DNA of 63,971 nucleotides, filler included, from Olpidium bornovanus S191 (taxonomy: Eukaryota > Fungi > Olpidiomycota): the NCBI GenBank assembly GCA_017911155.1. It is 31 parts of 31 records of this genome, joined end to end, with 100 filler letters (N's around TTAATTAATTAA, not from the genome) between each part and the next. Parts side by side here need not be neighbours in the genome. Positions count along the whole stretch, not along the records: positions 46,550 to 49,458 come from JAEFCI010005172.1; positions 49,559 to 51,416 come from JAEFCI010001944.1; positions 51,517 to 52,589 come from JAEFCI010006246.1; positions 52,690 to 53,832 come from JAEFCI010009706.1; positions 53,933 to 55,358 come from JAEFCI010005640.1; positions 55,459 to 57,382 come from JAEFCI010005028.1; positions 57,483 to 59,584 come from JAEFCI010001227.1; positions 59,685 to 61,467 come from JAEFCI010011518.1; 23 more parts are not named here. The stretch is one strand, 5' to 3'. The translations under genes and the position numbers were made by a program. The first letter of the stretch is position 1. Every line of letters starts with the position of its first letter. This document shows positions 48,803 through 59,720 of the stretch, piece after piece. The notes under the pieces are model-generated. The model saw only the letters and a list, made by a program, of their open reading frames with translations. It was not told where the DNA came from and ran no database searches.

Positions 48803-49458
48803 TCAGACATCAGACAGCCCAGGAAATCCCTTGTAAGCCGCAGGCTCGAAATACACGACATCCCCGACGAAGTACGCTCCGCCGGCCAAGCCCTCGTAGA
48901 GGCTCCACGGGTGATCCGGCACTGTCCGCGCCACAGGGGAGGCCGTATGTATCAAAGTGCAAGAACCTCCCGCAAACAGACGCCGACGAAGCGCATCGAC
49001 TTTCCGTCGCACCGGAGCAATCTGCAAACAAATCTTTTTCACACAGATCTTACCCCTGAATGCCCCTTCTTTCGTCTTCTGCTCCCACTCCGCGCAGGCA
49101 ACGGCAAAAGATACGGCACGATCCCAGTAGATCTGGTTTCCGGTGAACTTGAAGAGTGTCAGGAATATGTACCCGTTTCCACCAACGCCGTGGCACAGAC
49201 CTGCAACATCAAAAAGTCAGGAGCGGCAGGTCCCCAGCGTTCTCGATTTCGTACCCAAAAACGGAGCTCCGCAACCCGAAAAACGAAACGTATGGATAGG
49301 ACAAAAAGCAGCGGCGCCTGCGCGTACCAACGCCTTTGTAAAGCAGGCCCGCGCCCCAAACGGCCTCCGCGGCGTACTTGGCGACCTCGAGGTACTCTTC
49401 GTCGCCGTAAATCTCGTACGCCTTGGCGGCACACAGACCTATCCCGGGTGCGCCATGG
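48803..49458 (-). CDS. LANCL: LanC-like protein (LANCL1/2 homolog), 5' partial
   Basis: Exons 49458-49328, 49200-49054 and 48921-48803 splice to HGAPGIGLCAAKAYEIYGDEEYL...VWGAGLLYKGVGLCHGVGGNGYIFLTLF...FRVPDHPWSLYEGLAG...FPG. It is not represented in the ORF track. Confidence 0.93.
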
Positions 49459-49571
49459 NNNNNNNNNNNNNNNNNNNNNNNNNNNNNNNNNNNNNNNNNN
49501 NNTTAATTAATTAANNNNNNNNNNNNNNNNNNNNNNNNNNNNNNNNNNNNNNNNNNNNGCGCGGGGGGGGG

Positions 49572-49645
<74 letters not shown>

Positions 49646-50457
49646 AAGCGACATCCGAACGCCGGAGATGCCCCGATCCGCGGGGCCGATGCGTATGATC
49701 GACAGGGTGGTCTCCCGGGCCAGCGGGGAAGATAGCGGTTGCGGCTTTTTGCGGCGCATTTTTCGTGGTCTCCGGCGCGGTGTTGCCCCTCCGAAAGTGA
49801 GTTTCGGCCTCCGTTGCCGAAACTCGGGGTGGGGGTCGGAGGAGGGAAGTCAGTCCCCACCGCAAAACGCGAGGACCTGGCAGCGGCGCGCTTCCCTTCT
49901 CTCTTTCCGACAAAATGTCAAAAAAAAATCGATTAAACTGCGGCAATTCTGCAAGCAAGCCCGGCAGGGTCTTGGTTGTTTGGCCAACCGTCCCTGCGGG
50001 GCGAGGGAAAATTATCTTATGCTTCCTCCCCCGCCCCGACCCAACCACTTGCCCCTCCCCCTCTCCTCCCGGCCGCGGGGCGCGTTTCCCTCCTTTCTCC
50101 TCTTTTTTGCCTTCGGACGCGTAGAAAACGGAGGGCGTTCGCCGTAACCCCTTCCCCGTCCCGGTTCTCGCTGCGACGTTCGCCCCCCGTCTCCGACAAA
50201 AACTTCAAGAAAACAACACCCCCGCCTGTTCGAGCCGTCGAGGAGCGAAGGAGGGGGAGGGGAAAGGTGGGTGGAGGAGGTGGGGCGGGGGGAATTGATT
50301 TATGTTACCTGAACAGGGCAAAAGTGGTGTGTGTGTGTGAGAAAGTGCCGGTGTGTGCGTATGTGTGTGTGTGCGTGCGTGCGTGCGCGCGGGGAGTGAA
50401 GCGATGATGACATCAGCGGTTTTGCGAAACGAAACAAAATCGATAACGAGAAAAAAA

Positions 50458-50499
<42 letters not shown>

Positions 50500-50839
50500 A
50501 AAGGAGCCCCCGTATGGTGCGAAGCGTGATGCGGGGCAGGGGTGGCGGGCGCGCGTGCAGGGAGAGAGAGGGGAAGAAGTGGGGGGGAGGCGGGGTGGGT
50601 CGGGCCATGAGAGAGCGAACAAAAATGTGTGACGGGAAGTTCCCTTCTATGTGACGGAACAAAAACGACAAAAAAAAAAATTCGCATACGCGGCCCGTCC
50701 GCGCGGGGGGCAAGGAAACACCCGGTGGGCGTCGTCGCCGGTGGTGGTGGTGGTGGCGTGGCGTAGACGTTCGGGGCTTTCGTGTCGTGACTTTCCCACC
50801 CCCTCTCGTCACCGGGAGGGGAAGCGGGGACTCGAGGGG

Positions 50840-51416
50840 TCAACGGGAAAGTTCCGGGGTGGAGGGAGACTGCGGGCGCCCGCCGTGCTTGCGGACCCAG
50901 GCGCACCGCAGGGCGTCTCGCACCGTCAGGCGGTCCGACCACCGCGCCGCCAGCAGGCCGGCGACCAGGGCGCGGACCTCGGCGGACCCGGCCAGCCGCG
51001 CGTTCTCCTGCTGCTCGGCGACGGACCGCGGCGGCGACCGGCGCCGGGGAAGGGGAAGAGCGGTGGGAGTGGAGCGAGAATGAAGCGGCGGCGGCGGCGG
51101 CGACGGCGGCGCGGGAGACGCCTCCTCGACCGCCGCGCTCGCCGCGCGGCGCGGGCGTCGAGGGGTGAACGGGTTCTCTTCCGCGAAAGGCGGCGGCGAC
51201 GCCGGCGGGGAGACCGGCGCCGCGGCGGCCGGGATGGTAGCAGGCGGCGCCGCCGCCGCCGCCGCCGCCGCGGGCCGCACGGACAGGCCGACGAACATGT
51301 CGCCGAACCCGGGTGGCGTCACCGGGGTCGGCGGCCCCGGGTTGAAATTCGGCGACCACGGGTACTGCAGGTTCACGATCTTGACCACCAGCCGCGGCTC
51401 GAAGTCGTCCACGAAC
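50840..51416 (-). CDS. Protein kinase C-lobe end (subdomains X-XI) with a long Pro/Ala insert, 5' partial
   Basis: LVVKIVNLQYPW followed by AEVRALVAGLLAARWSDRLTVRDALRCAWV, resembling the subdomain XI pattern LL..DP.KR.T..EAL.H.W. Confidence 0.55.
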
Positions 51417-51526
51417 NNNNNNNNNNNNNNNNNNNNNNNNNNNNNNNNNNNNNNNNNNNNTTAATTAATTAANNNNNNNNNNNNNNNNNNNNNNNNNNNN
51501 NNNNNNNNNNNNNNNNAACGTATTAG

Positions 51527-51572
<46 letters not shown>

Positions 51573-51608
51573 CCCGTAGCCCACCCCAAAAAGCACCCCC
51601 GGAGGGGG

Positions 51609-51643
<35 letters not shown>

Positions 51644-51753
51644 CGCCGGCACCCCGCGGCACTTCCCCTCCCCCGACCAAAAAACCAACGGCCGGTCAGA
51701 CCGGCCTCCCGGCCGACGAGTTTTGCCGTAACCGAAAAGGCGCCGCCACTCAC

Positions 51754-52161
51754 TCCCGGACAACTTGAAGAGCTGGCGGCGTTGAGCGGACTCAACCAAT
51801 CAGTGCCGCGTTCAGTGCCGGGGTCGAGCCCGGAGAGCGGCAGGAGCAAGAGAGAGAGGAAGAAAAGAGCAGATCTCCGGGCGGCGGGCTGCGGAATGGG
51901 GTTCGGGAATGCGGGGGGCGGGCGGGTGAATGATTGGAGGCACACCTGCAGCAGATGCGGCTTGCAGTAAAGCTTCCCGAGGTTGGCCGAGTAATTCCCG
52001 GGGCTTAGAACCTTGTTGCAGTGCGCGCAGCGCATGCAACCTTTATGGTACGTCTTGTCGTCCACGGTCACCTTCTCCAACGGGTAAGCCGTCTTGCTGC
52101 ATGCCGCGCAGGTGCTGTTTGCAGAGCCGGCGGCAACGACGACAGGACGTTGCACCAGCTG
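51754..52161 (-). CDS. LIM-domain protein (LIMD2/EPLIN/plant-LIM type), partial
   Basis: CAACSKTAYPLEKVTVDDKTYHKGCMRCAHCNKVLSPGNYSANLGKLYCKPHLLQ; intron 51773-51945 joins to a 19-nt exon LFKLSG. Confidence 0.9.
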
Positions 52162-52690
52162 CTGGGCGAAAGCCGGAAGAAGAGAAGAAAGAGAAAAAAA
52201 GTAAAAATTCCGTTTGCCCGGAACGTTGTGTGGGGGAATTCAGGCAACGTCCGGGGAAGAGAAATGAGGGCGAGCGGTGTGGAGGGCAGGCGTGGGGAGG
52301 GGAGGGAGTGCGAGGGGGAGATTTACGTTGTGCTTTCTGTTCTTTTTCGAGGTGACCGCCCGACCGGGGAACGTACCCCTTGGTGGACCTCCATTTCCTT
52401 CCAAGCGAGGGAAATCTTCCGCTGGCGGGAGAGATCTGCGGGGCCTAGTCGGCGGAGGGGGTCAGGCGGGGAGGTCCTGACCGGGGGGTGATGGTGTTGC
52501 AAGAGAAGCGCCGTTTTGCTGCGGGGCGGGGCCACCAGGGGAGGAGGGGGGGGCTTTCATTTTTTTTTTTTTTTTTTTTTTTTTTTGGGNNNNNNNNNNN
52601 NNNNNNNNNNNNNNNNNNNNNNNNNNNNNNNNNTTAATTAATTAANNNNNNNNNNNNNNNNNNNNNNNNNNNNNNNNNNNNNNNNNNNNC

Positions 52691-53083
52691 ATGTGCGACC
52701 AAGTTGCCCCAAAGGTCGCCACGCGACCAGACATTCTGCGGGTGCTCGCGCGATTCTACGCCCAATCCGACCGGCCTCGTGAAGCGCTAGAAGCTTACGA
52801 GAAGGCGTACCGCGCCCTCGTGAACGATCCTTTTCTCGAGCGGGACGAAAAAGCCTTTAAGGCGGCGGCCGGGGGAGCACTGGAACTCGCCGAAGCTTAT
52901 GCCAATTATGGCCCGCGCCAGGTTGAGGGTTGCGGGGATGCACCGAGTCTCGTCTGCAAGGAATGGCAGTACCGTACAAGGAACATGTTTCGCAGCCTCA
53001 TCAGCCGGTCCAAAGCCGTTTTTGAAGGGACCGTGGAGTACAAGCGGCTCGTGGAAGCCATGGCGCGCTTAGTTAGTCCGTGA
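52691..53083 (+). CDS. EMW1: TTC27/Emw1 TPR protein C-terminus, 5' partial
   Basis: TPR-like ALEAYEKAYR, ELAEAYANYGPR, LVCKEWQYRTRNMFRSLISRSKAVFEGT. Confidence 0.75.
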   Translation: MCDQVAPKVATRPDILRVLARFYAQSDRPREALEAYEKAYRALVNDPFLERDEKAFKAAAGGALELAEAYANYGPRQVEGCGDAPSLVCKEWQYRTRNMFRSLISRSKAVFEGTVEYKRLVEAMARLVSP

Positions 53084-54279
53084 ATCTCGACCACTTCCCA
53101 ACTCCTCCTCTTCCTCCCCTCGTGCAACACGCCGAGGTTTTTTCGTCTGCTGTCTTTCGTACACGTCGTCATTCCCACTACGTAGTTAATTTTGTATTTA
53201 GATCCGCATACCTGCTGCTGTATGGAGACGTTAGCACTCCGAAGAATGCTATCGCTGTTAACCCCCCCCCCCCCTTGTTTGTTTCCTGCGACCTGTTTGC
53301 GCCTGGCAACGCGAAAATTTTCTGTACAGTTATGTAACCTGCATGTACAAACACATTGCGGAGCCCACCGTGCACGCGTGTTTTTGGCGCACCGGCAGCG
53401 GCCGCTCCCGCTATGCCGTACCGCGCGTATCCTGCCTCTCGGTCGCGGCGCCTCTGGCAGCGGCGCCTCGGTAATTGTGCTGACGCCCCGCGGCAACCGG
53501 TGCCGACGCTCCCCGGCTTTCCCGCCGCAATCCCCGCTGTGCCCGTCACCAGCCGCCGCGCCGCCGTCATGTTGCCGGTGCAAACGCTGCCTCTGCTGGC
53601 GAGAAGGCTCAGGACGGCGCGCGAGGTACCGGCGTTTGAGAAAAGGGGATCGCTGAGATCGCCTTTTCTCCTGTCGCTCTCGGGCGTTTGATACCGAATT
53701 GTCAGGCCCGACATGTCTTCCTCTTGTTCTCGAACACGAGATCAGTGTACTTTTTCTTCGCAAAAGCGCCAGGGGCCCTGCGGCTGGTCGCCAGTTGATG
53801 CGCTCTGACGAGCAGCCCAGTTAATCTTGCCCNNNNNNNNNNNNNNNNNNNNNNNNNNNNNNNNNNNNNNNNNNNNTTAATTAATTAANNNNNNNNNNNN
53901 NNNNNNNNNNNNNNNNNNNNNNNNNNNNNNNNCATGATCGAGAACCACTTGTAGGCTGAAGCCAGGCAAACTTTAGCAATGTACTTGGTTGAATTGCGTA
54001 ATAACCTTATGGGCTCAGGTACGGGCCGTGCCTAGCTTTCCCACACCGCTCTTGTACATTGCCAGGTTTTTAGCAAAAGCTTTTGCGCAAAGGGTATAAC
54101 TAAAGTTCAAAAGCCGACCCTGTCTGCGAAAAGCTTAAACTTGCACATCGAAACGAATGTGCTGGGGGGGGGGGCGCTTGAACCCCGCCTGGAAATGGAC
54201 CTCGGGCCGCAGAGTTCCGCGCAGACGGGGTGACGTGTCACTTTCCGGGCCGAAGCTTATGGCGGCGCAAATCCAACAC

Positions 54280-54310
<31 letters not shown>

Positions 54311-55459
54311 GTTGTTTGGCGAGTCACAACACCCTGACCCACCGAGTGGGCAGGATGCACCAGAAGATCCACACGCCAAAGAAATGCAAACTGTTTCTTC
54401 TCGTTGGCATGCTTAGAATAGAAATCGCTCGTCACGGGACGTTTTTACCTCTGAAATGTGAAAAAAAAACCAATCCCGACGGATGAAAGGCCGGCAAATT
54501 CGAACTCGGGAAGATGCGCGGACAGATATAATCTTACGAGGTGTCGGGTTGTAACAAGCGGGTCCCCCCCCCCCCTCCCCTCCCCCAAAAGAAAACAAAA
54601 AATGTGGTTTGGTAAACGTCGTTGTTCTTCAACGTCGCCACGTGCAACGCAACGCGGCATGGCACGTCACAGTAAGGGACAACACATTCCGCAGCCTGCA
54701 GCGAATCCCAATTTGCGTTTGACGTTACTTCCGGGGAACAGGCGTCGATGAGCTTCTGCTCAAAGGCCTTTTTTTCCAACTACAAAATGTGCACTCAGGC
54801 CTGCAGCAGCTCCGTTGCCTCGGCAGAGAGAGGCGTCGCCGCGGATGTCATAGTCTACGACCAAAACGAGCGTTTCTGACGCAAAGTCGGGGGAAGGGGG
54901 GGGGGGGGGGGGGGGGGGGGGGGCTTCGCATTGTGATTGCGGATGGGGGAACGCTCGGTGGGGTACGGCGTATTTATCCAGCGTTTGTGCGCACACACCC
55001 AGCTGGTGAAACTGTCCTTTCTCGTAGGGTAATCCACCTCGACCATCAATGAACGTCGGAAGGTGGGTTTGGTATGTAAGCAGTGTGTTCGACGGTCTGT
55101 ACTCAACTCCGTGGAGCATTTCCAGGCCAAAAGCAGGTTACTCTCGAAGCCAAATACGCGAAAAAGGTTCTTCGTGTCTTGAGATCGAGGATTCTACCGC
55201 CGAGCCTCTTACGAACTTATTCCCCCAGGAATTTCCCGCGAAACGCGCCCGCATTTCCAAGGTCGACCCGAAATCAAATTCGACAGCCCGCTACTGCGCG
55301 CGAACAGCCACTAAAACCGTTGGGGTTGCGCAAAAACTTTTGGACCAAAAGCATGTCGNNNNNNNNNNNNNNNNNNNNNNNNNNNNNNNNNNNNNNNNNN
55401 NNTTAATTAATTAANNNNNNNNNNNNNNNNNNNNNNNNNNNNNNNNNNNNNNNNNNNNC

Positions 55460-56112
55460 ATGGCATTTGACGTGTCGTCCGTGTCCCTTCACCCTTCTAA
55501 AGCAAAATTCGTGGTCGGGGGAAGCAACGACCTGTGGGTGAGAATATTCGATTTCGAGAACGGAACAGAGCTAGGTGAGTCTTTTTTATCGGGCGTTCCC
55601 TGTAGTCTCGTCATTTCTCTTCACCAAGGAAAGGTATCAAAATGACGGGGTGGGTGTGGGGTCTCGCCAAAGAGGCGGAGATTGTGCAAAAACTTCTCGT
55701 CCAATGCGGAATTTGACGTGTACTACACCTATCTCTATAGAATTATACAAAGGCCACCACGGTCCGATACACACCGTGGCGTACTCGCCGGACGGCGAAA
55801 TATATGCTACGGGGTCTGGTACGTTTCATTGTTCGGCTCCTGGCACAACATTGGCCGTTATATGGAGATTCACCGCGTCCTCTGCATATACCGCTTTTTT
55901 CCGACTCTGAAAACTGCGGGTGGCGACGCGCATTCCTTGCAGAGGACGGTACCATCCGCCTGTGGCAGACGGTCGCAGGGAAGGCTTACGGACTCTGGGT
56001 AGAAAAGCCGAAGAAGGAGGATACGGACAAGGACAATGCGTCGACCTCGTCAGCTTCCGGTGTTCCGACTTCGGGCGCCCAGCAGCCGCCCATGGGGTCG
56101 TCGCCGCCATGA
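55460..56112 (+). CDS. STRAP: STRAP/UNRIP WD40 protein C-terminus, 5' partial
   Basis: Introns 55575-55740 and 55819-55942 give SVSLHPSK-KFVVGG...GTEL|ELYKGHHGPIHTVAYSPDGEIYATGS|EDGTIRLWQTVAGKAYGLW. Confidence 0.92.
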
Positions 56113-57482
56113 CTCGGAGAGTTGGGAGGAAGAGCCAGAAGAAATTTGGCAAACATTGTATGTTTCGCTTTCGCCAATTACAGTCATATACGGCAGTGAC
56201 ATTGGCGATAAGCCAAAACGTAAAAACGCTCGCTGTAGGGCCGCCCGTCGCACGACGTTTCCCGATCACACAGGCTTCCCGGACGCCGTGGAATGGACCA
56301 GTGCTCAACCTGGCAACAGCATATGCAGAGTACGCAGACGACAGGCTTGGGTACTGTTATCACAAAATCCATTGTACTTCTGTTCACGCGTTAAAAGCCG
56401 GATTCAGACGAGGGCGCGTATAAGAGAATTGTTTTCTTTCGTACCGGCGAAACTAGCGCCGCAACGCCAGATCACCGTAGGACGCAAAGTGGCGCGGCAG
56501 CTGGGAAGAACGCCTTATTGTGCGTCCTGGGCGCCCTTGCACTCCTCGTTGGCGTGTTTTTTTTTTTTTTTTTACCAGGTTTGGATGCTGGCAGGGGATT
56601 GTTAATTCACGGTTTCGCACGCCTGGATCTTCCGCGCGGAACCCAATGCGGACGACTCAATTGACAGGTCCCATCTTGGGTGGTCAGGATCAGAAACGCG
56701 GATTTTAAATCAGAACGACCCTAGTGGTATCTCAGCGGGGCTCGCCAACGTTTAGTAAATGTCAGAAAAAGCAAGGACTGTTGAGCGGTATCAAGGTGGT
56801 GTAATGGCGACGCGCGCACAGTGCAACGGCAGATCAGGCGTGAAAGTCACACGATCTGGCAATTCATCATACCTCCCAAAACATTTCCTCCTGCTGTCCA
56901 AGACAAAATGCGGCGGAATTGATGATTACCATGACTACAACGGCCGTGTGGTTAAGTACCATCAGGATCCCTCCGCACTCATGCCCGAAGGAGCCTTCGT
57001 TCCAATAATCGTAGATTAAAAAAAGGACCACGTATTGGTACTTCACAGACTTTTACGTAATGCCAGAGCCACCCTCACTGAGCTGCGGGAGCACAAGCTC
57101 GGCGTAATCACGGACCGGGGAGCCCTTCCACCCACCTCTTCCACGCCAACCTGCCTCCTCTACGACTCTTACCGTCAATTCGCCGAACCTCATAACCCAG
57201 CTTCCCCCCGGCTCCCCGAGTTAGGTCGGTCGGAGCTGGGGGACCGAGCGCTCCGGTCCATCCATGACCCATCCCGATTTGCGCCGTTTGCGTTTCCTTC
57301 TCCCCAAACCCCTCGAGGCGCGCGCACGCTTTTCCCCATTCTCGGCGACTCGGTGGCCTGTAGAGCGCCCACAAGAGTTCGCNNNNNNNNNNNNNNNNNN
57401 NNNNNNNNNNNNNNNNNNNNNNNNNNTTAATTAATTAANNNNNNNNNNNNNNNNNNNNNNNNNNNNNNNNNNNNNNNNNNNN

Positions 57483-58400
57483 GCTGCCGCTGCCGTTCGA
57501 GCCAACGTTCATGGTCCTGGTGGAGGATGGTGGCGAGGGTGGCCTTCCGGGCCTGCTCCAGCTGCCGGAGGCAGTCCATTCGGGCGGCGTAATGGTCAAC
57601 CTGTGCTTCCAAGTCGTGCGGAGCGAACTCCGAGTCGTTGTCCAGGGGTAGTCGTGGTTCAAACCCGTACTTCCAGAAAAATGCGCTGCCTCCCGACTGC
57701 GAGAGACGCCTGCTCGTGTTCACGCACCAAATGGCGTTGTCGAACACTTGTCCCCAACCGGCTCCCCGATCCAGCATCAGCTGGGAAAGCACGCGACCGA
57801 CTTCCTGTACTGAGCGCTCGGCGGCGCCGTTGGCCCGCGGATTATAGGCCGCTGTCCGACTGAACTTGATCCCGAAGGCAGTGGCAAGACGATTCCGAAA
57901 TGTGCGGCCGAATTCCCCTCCGCGGTTGGCGACCATCCGAATAGGCACACCGTGCTCGCGCACAACGCGTTGGAGGAGTGTATACAACGTTTCCTCTGTT
58001 GGTTTGCTCCTGGTGCGGTGGCCGACGACCCAGCCGGAGAGGCGTTCCATTGCGATCTGGAAGTAGCGAAAGCCCGCGGAGGGGGAAAGTGCCCCGCTGC
58101 TGTCCAAGTGCCATACCTCGAAGAAACCCGGGAGCGAACTCGATCCTTCCGACGGGGGGTCCTCGTCGCGCGGTTTCCCGCGCCGTTGACACACATCGCA
58201 GCTCTGGACGTAGCTGCGCACGTCCTCCTCGATCCCCGGTCAAAAGTAGCGCGCGCGGATGCAAATTAGGGACGACCCGCTCCCATAGTTCCCTCTAGAA
58301 TTGCCGTTTTCTTGCGTTCGTCGCAGCCCAGGACGACGCGGCGCGGCGGCCAGTCTGGTGTGCGCTTGTGCAGTAGCCCGCCGACAAGGAGAAACCGGGA
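57483..58400 (-). pseudogene. DDE retroviral-type integrase (zinc-binding region plus rve core), inactivated
   Basis: FLLVGGLLHKR...RRVV, IRARYF*PGIEEDVRSYVQSCDVCQ, WHLD, HGVPIRMVANRGGEF (D>N), TAAYNPRANGAAERS, W...NT...YG-EPRLP. Confidence 0.92.
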
Positions 58401-58544
58401 CAGACGATGATGGAGCCGGGACGGGAGAGTACTCGGTTTTTCCTGGTCTAACGCTTGGCCAATGGAGACGAGGTCGGAGTCCGCGGCGTTCAGGAGCGGA
58501 CTGATCGCAATTGGCGGATCGAGGCCGTTCGGCGTTCCGGCAGC

Positions 58545-58970
58545 GGAGATGCGCACCGCCAGCACCGGCCATCTCGGACTGCCAACTGCGATCCGGTTGT
58601 CCGTGTAGCCAGGGAGAAACAGGTCAAAATCGCGAGGGAGGGCGACCGGGGTGTCCATAGCTTGCCGCAAAACGGTGGGGAACCAGGGCGCGGTCGTCCA
58701 GGCGGGGATCAGAAGGGTCAACGTCGCACCATCCGTTTGCACCTTCGAAAGGATGCGGAAAAACGTGTCCGTTTCGAAAGGGGGATTCGCCCACGCGTTT
58801 TCGGCGGACCAGTCGATGGAAAAGGCGTCAACGACCGCTCCCTCCTCAGGAACGGCAGAGGCAAAACGGGAAAGCTGGCGATTTCGTGTGGTGGCGAACA
58901 GATCGATCGTGTGGGGTCCCCACCGTGCGTCGATAGCGCGAAACCACGCCGGGTAGAGCTTCCAGTCGGA
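58545..58970 (-). CDS. DIRS/phage-Dam-type N6-adenine DNA methyltransferase domain
   Basis: SDWKL, RWGPHTIDLFAT--N-QL-RF-S, DAFSIDW, catalytic WANPPF (58776-58787), LLIPAW--APWFP. No stops in the domain. Confidence 0.9.
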
Positions 58971-59189
58971 GGTTGAAGTGCGTGCGCGTGCACGGAGGGC
59001 AAACCAATCGGTGTCAATGACGTCGTCGCGGGGAACGGAAGACGTGCGCAGAATCGTCGGAACAAAACATCCCTCGGGGGGGGCGAAGAACGCCCCCAAA
59101 ATCATCATTTAGCAGAACGTTATCCTCCACGCCGTCGTCGAGCAACCCGACATCCTGCGGCCTCTCCCCCTCCTGCTCGTAGACGGGGT

Positions 59190-59583
59190 GGAGACGGGAG
59201 AGCGTGTCCGCATCGCGATAGCAGGCAGCGCTGCGTTGGCGGCAGTCGAAGGGGAAGTCAGCCAAGAACATTACCCAGCGGGCGAACTTCCCACTCAAGT
59301 CCGGCTTCTTGATTAAGTCGACAATAGCGGTGCAGTCGGTCCATAGTATAAACGGATTATGGAGAAGATACGGGCGGTATTCCCGGCAGGCGCGAACGAC
59401 GGCAAGGCATTCCCGCTCCGGCTGGCTGTAATTCTGCTCCGTACGCGAAAGGTTCCAGCTGCTGTAATAGCAGACGCGGTGGTGGCCGCTGTCGTCGCGT
59501 TGGTAAAGGTTTCCGGAAATGGCGCGCGGCCCGGCATCCACCGCCAACTCAAAGGGACGACGAGGATCGGGGTGCGTGACGAC
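59190..59583 (-). CDS. Ty3/Gypsy-type RNase H of pol
   Basis: VTHPDPRRPFELAVDA, EQNYSQPERECLAVV, PFILWTDC, KFARWVMFLADF, DADTLSR. Confidence 0.92.
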
Positions 59584-59720
59584 CNNNNNNNNNNNNNNNN
59601 NNNNNNNNNNNNNNNNNNNNNNNNNNNNTTAATTAATTAANNNNNNNNNNNNNNNNNNNNNNNNNNNNNNNNNNNNNNNNNNNNCATGACGTTTGCCGCG
59701 AGAGTTCCGCCAACGCGGAC

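Larger units (their letters stand above)
57483..59584 (-). mobile_element. Ty3/Gypsy-type retrotransposon pol fragment: RNase H - adenine methyltransferase - integrase (decayed copy)
   Basis: Three colinear domains on one contig and strand, separated only by frameshifts and one stop. Confidence 0.92.

Noticed and set aside
48764-49510. 248-aa plus-strand ORF
   Set aside because: It is antisense to the spliced LanC-like gene and has no motifs.
49559-49645. Very long poly-G at contig edges (also 1-80, 3890-3950, 30010-30050)
   Set aside because: Length is unreliable at assembly breaks and may reflect sequencing artefacts, so no function is claimed.
56759-57382. Two ORFs with a vague reverse-transcriptase-like segment (KCGGIDDYHDYN)
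   Set aside because: No YxDD or other ordered RT motifs. Too weak to call.
6869-59584. Apparent clustering of meiosis, heterochromatin, cilia and transposon genes as a system
   Set aside because: They lie on separate contigs joined arbitrarily, so no synteny can be inferred.
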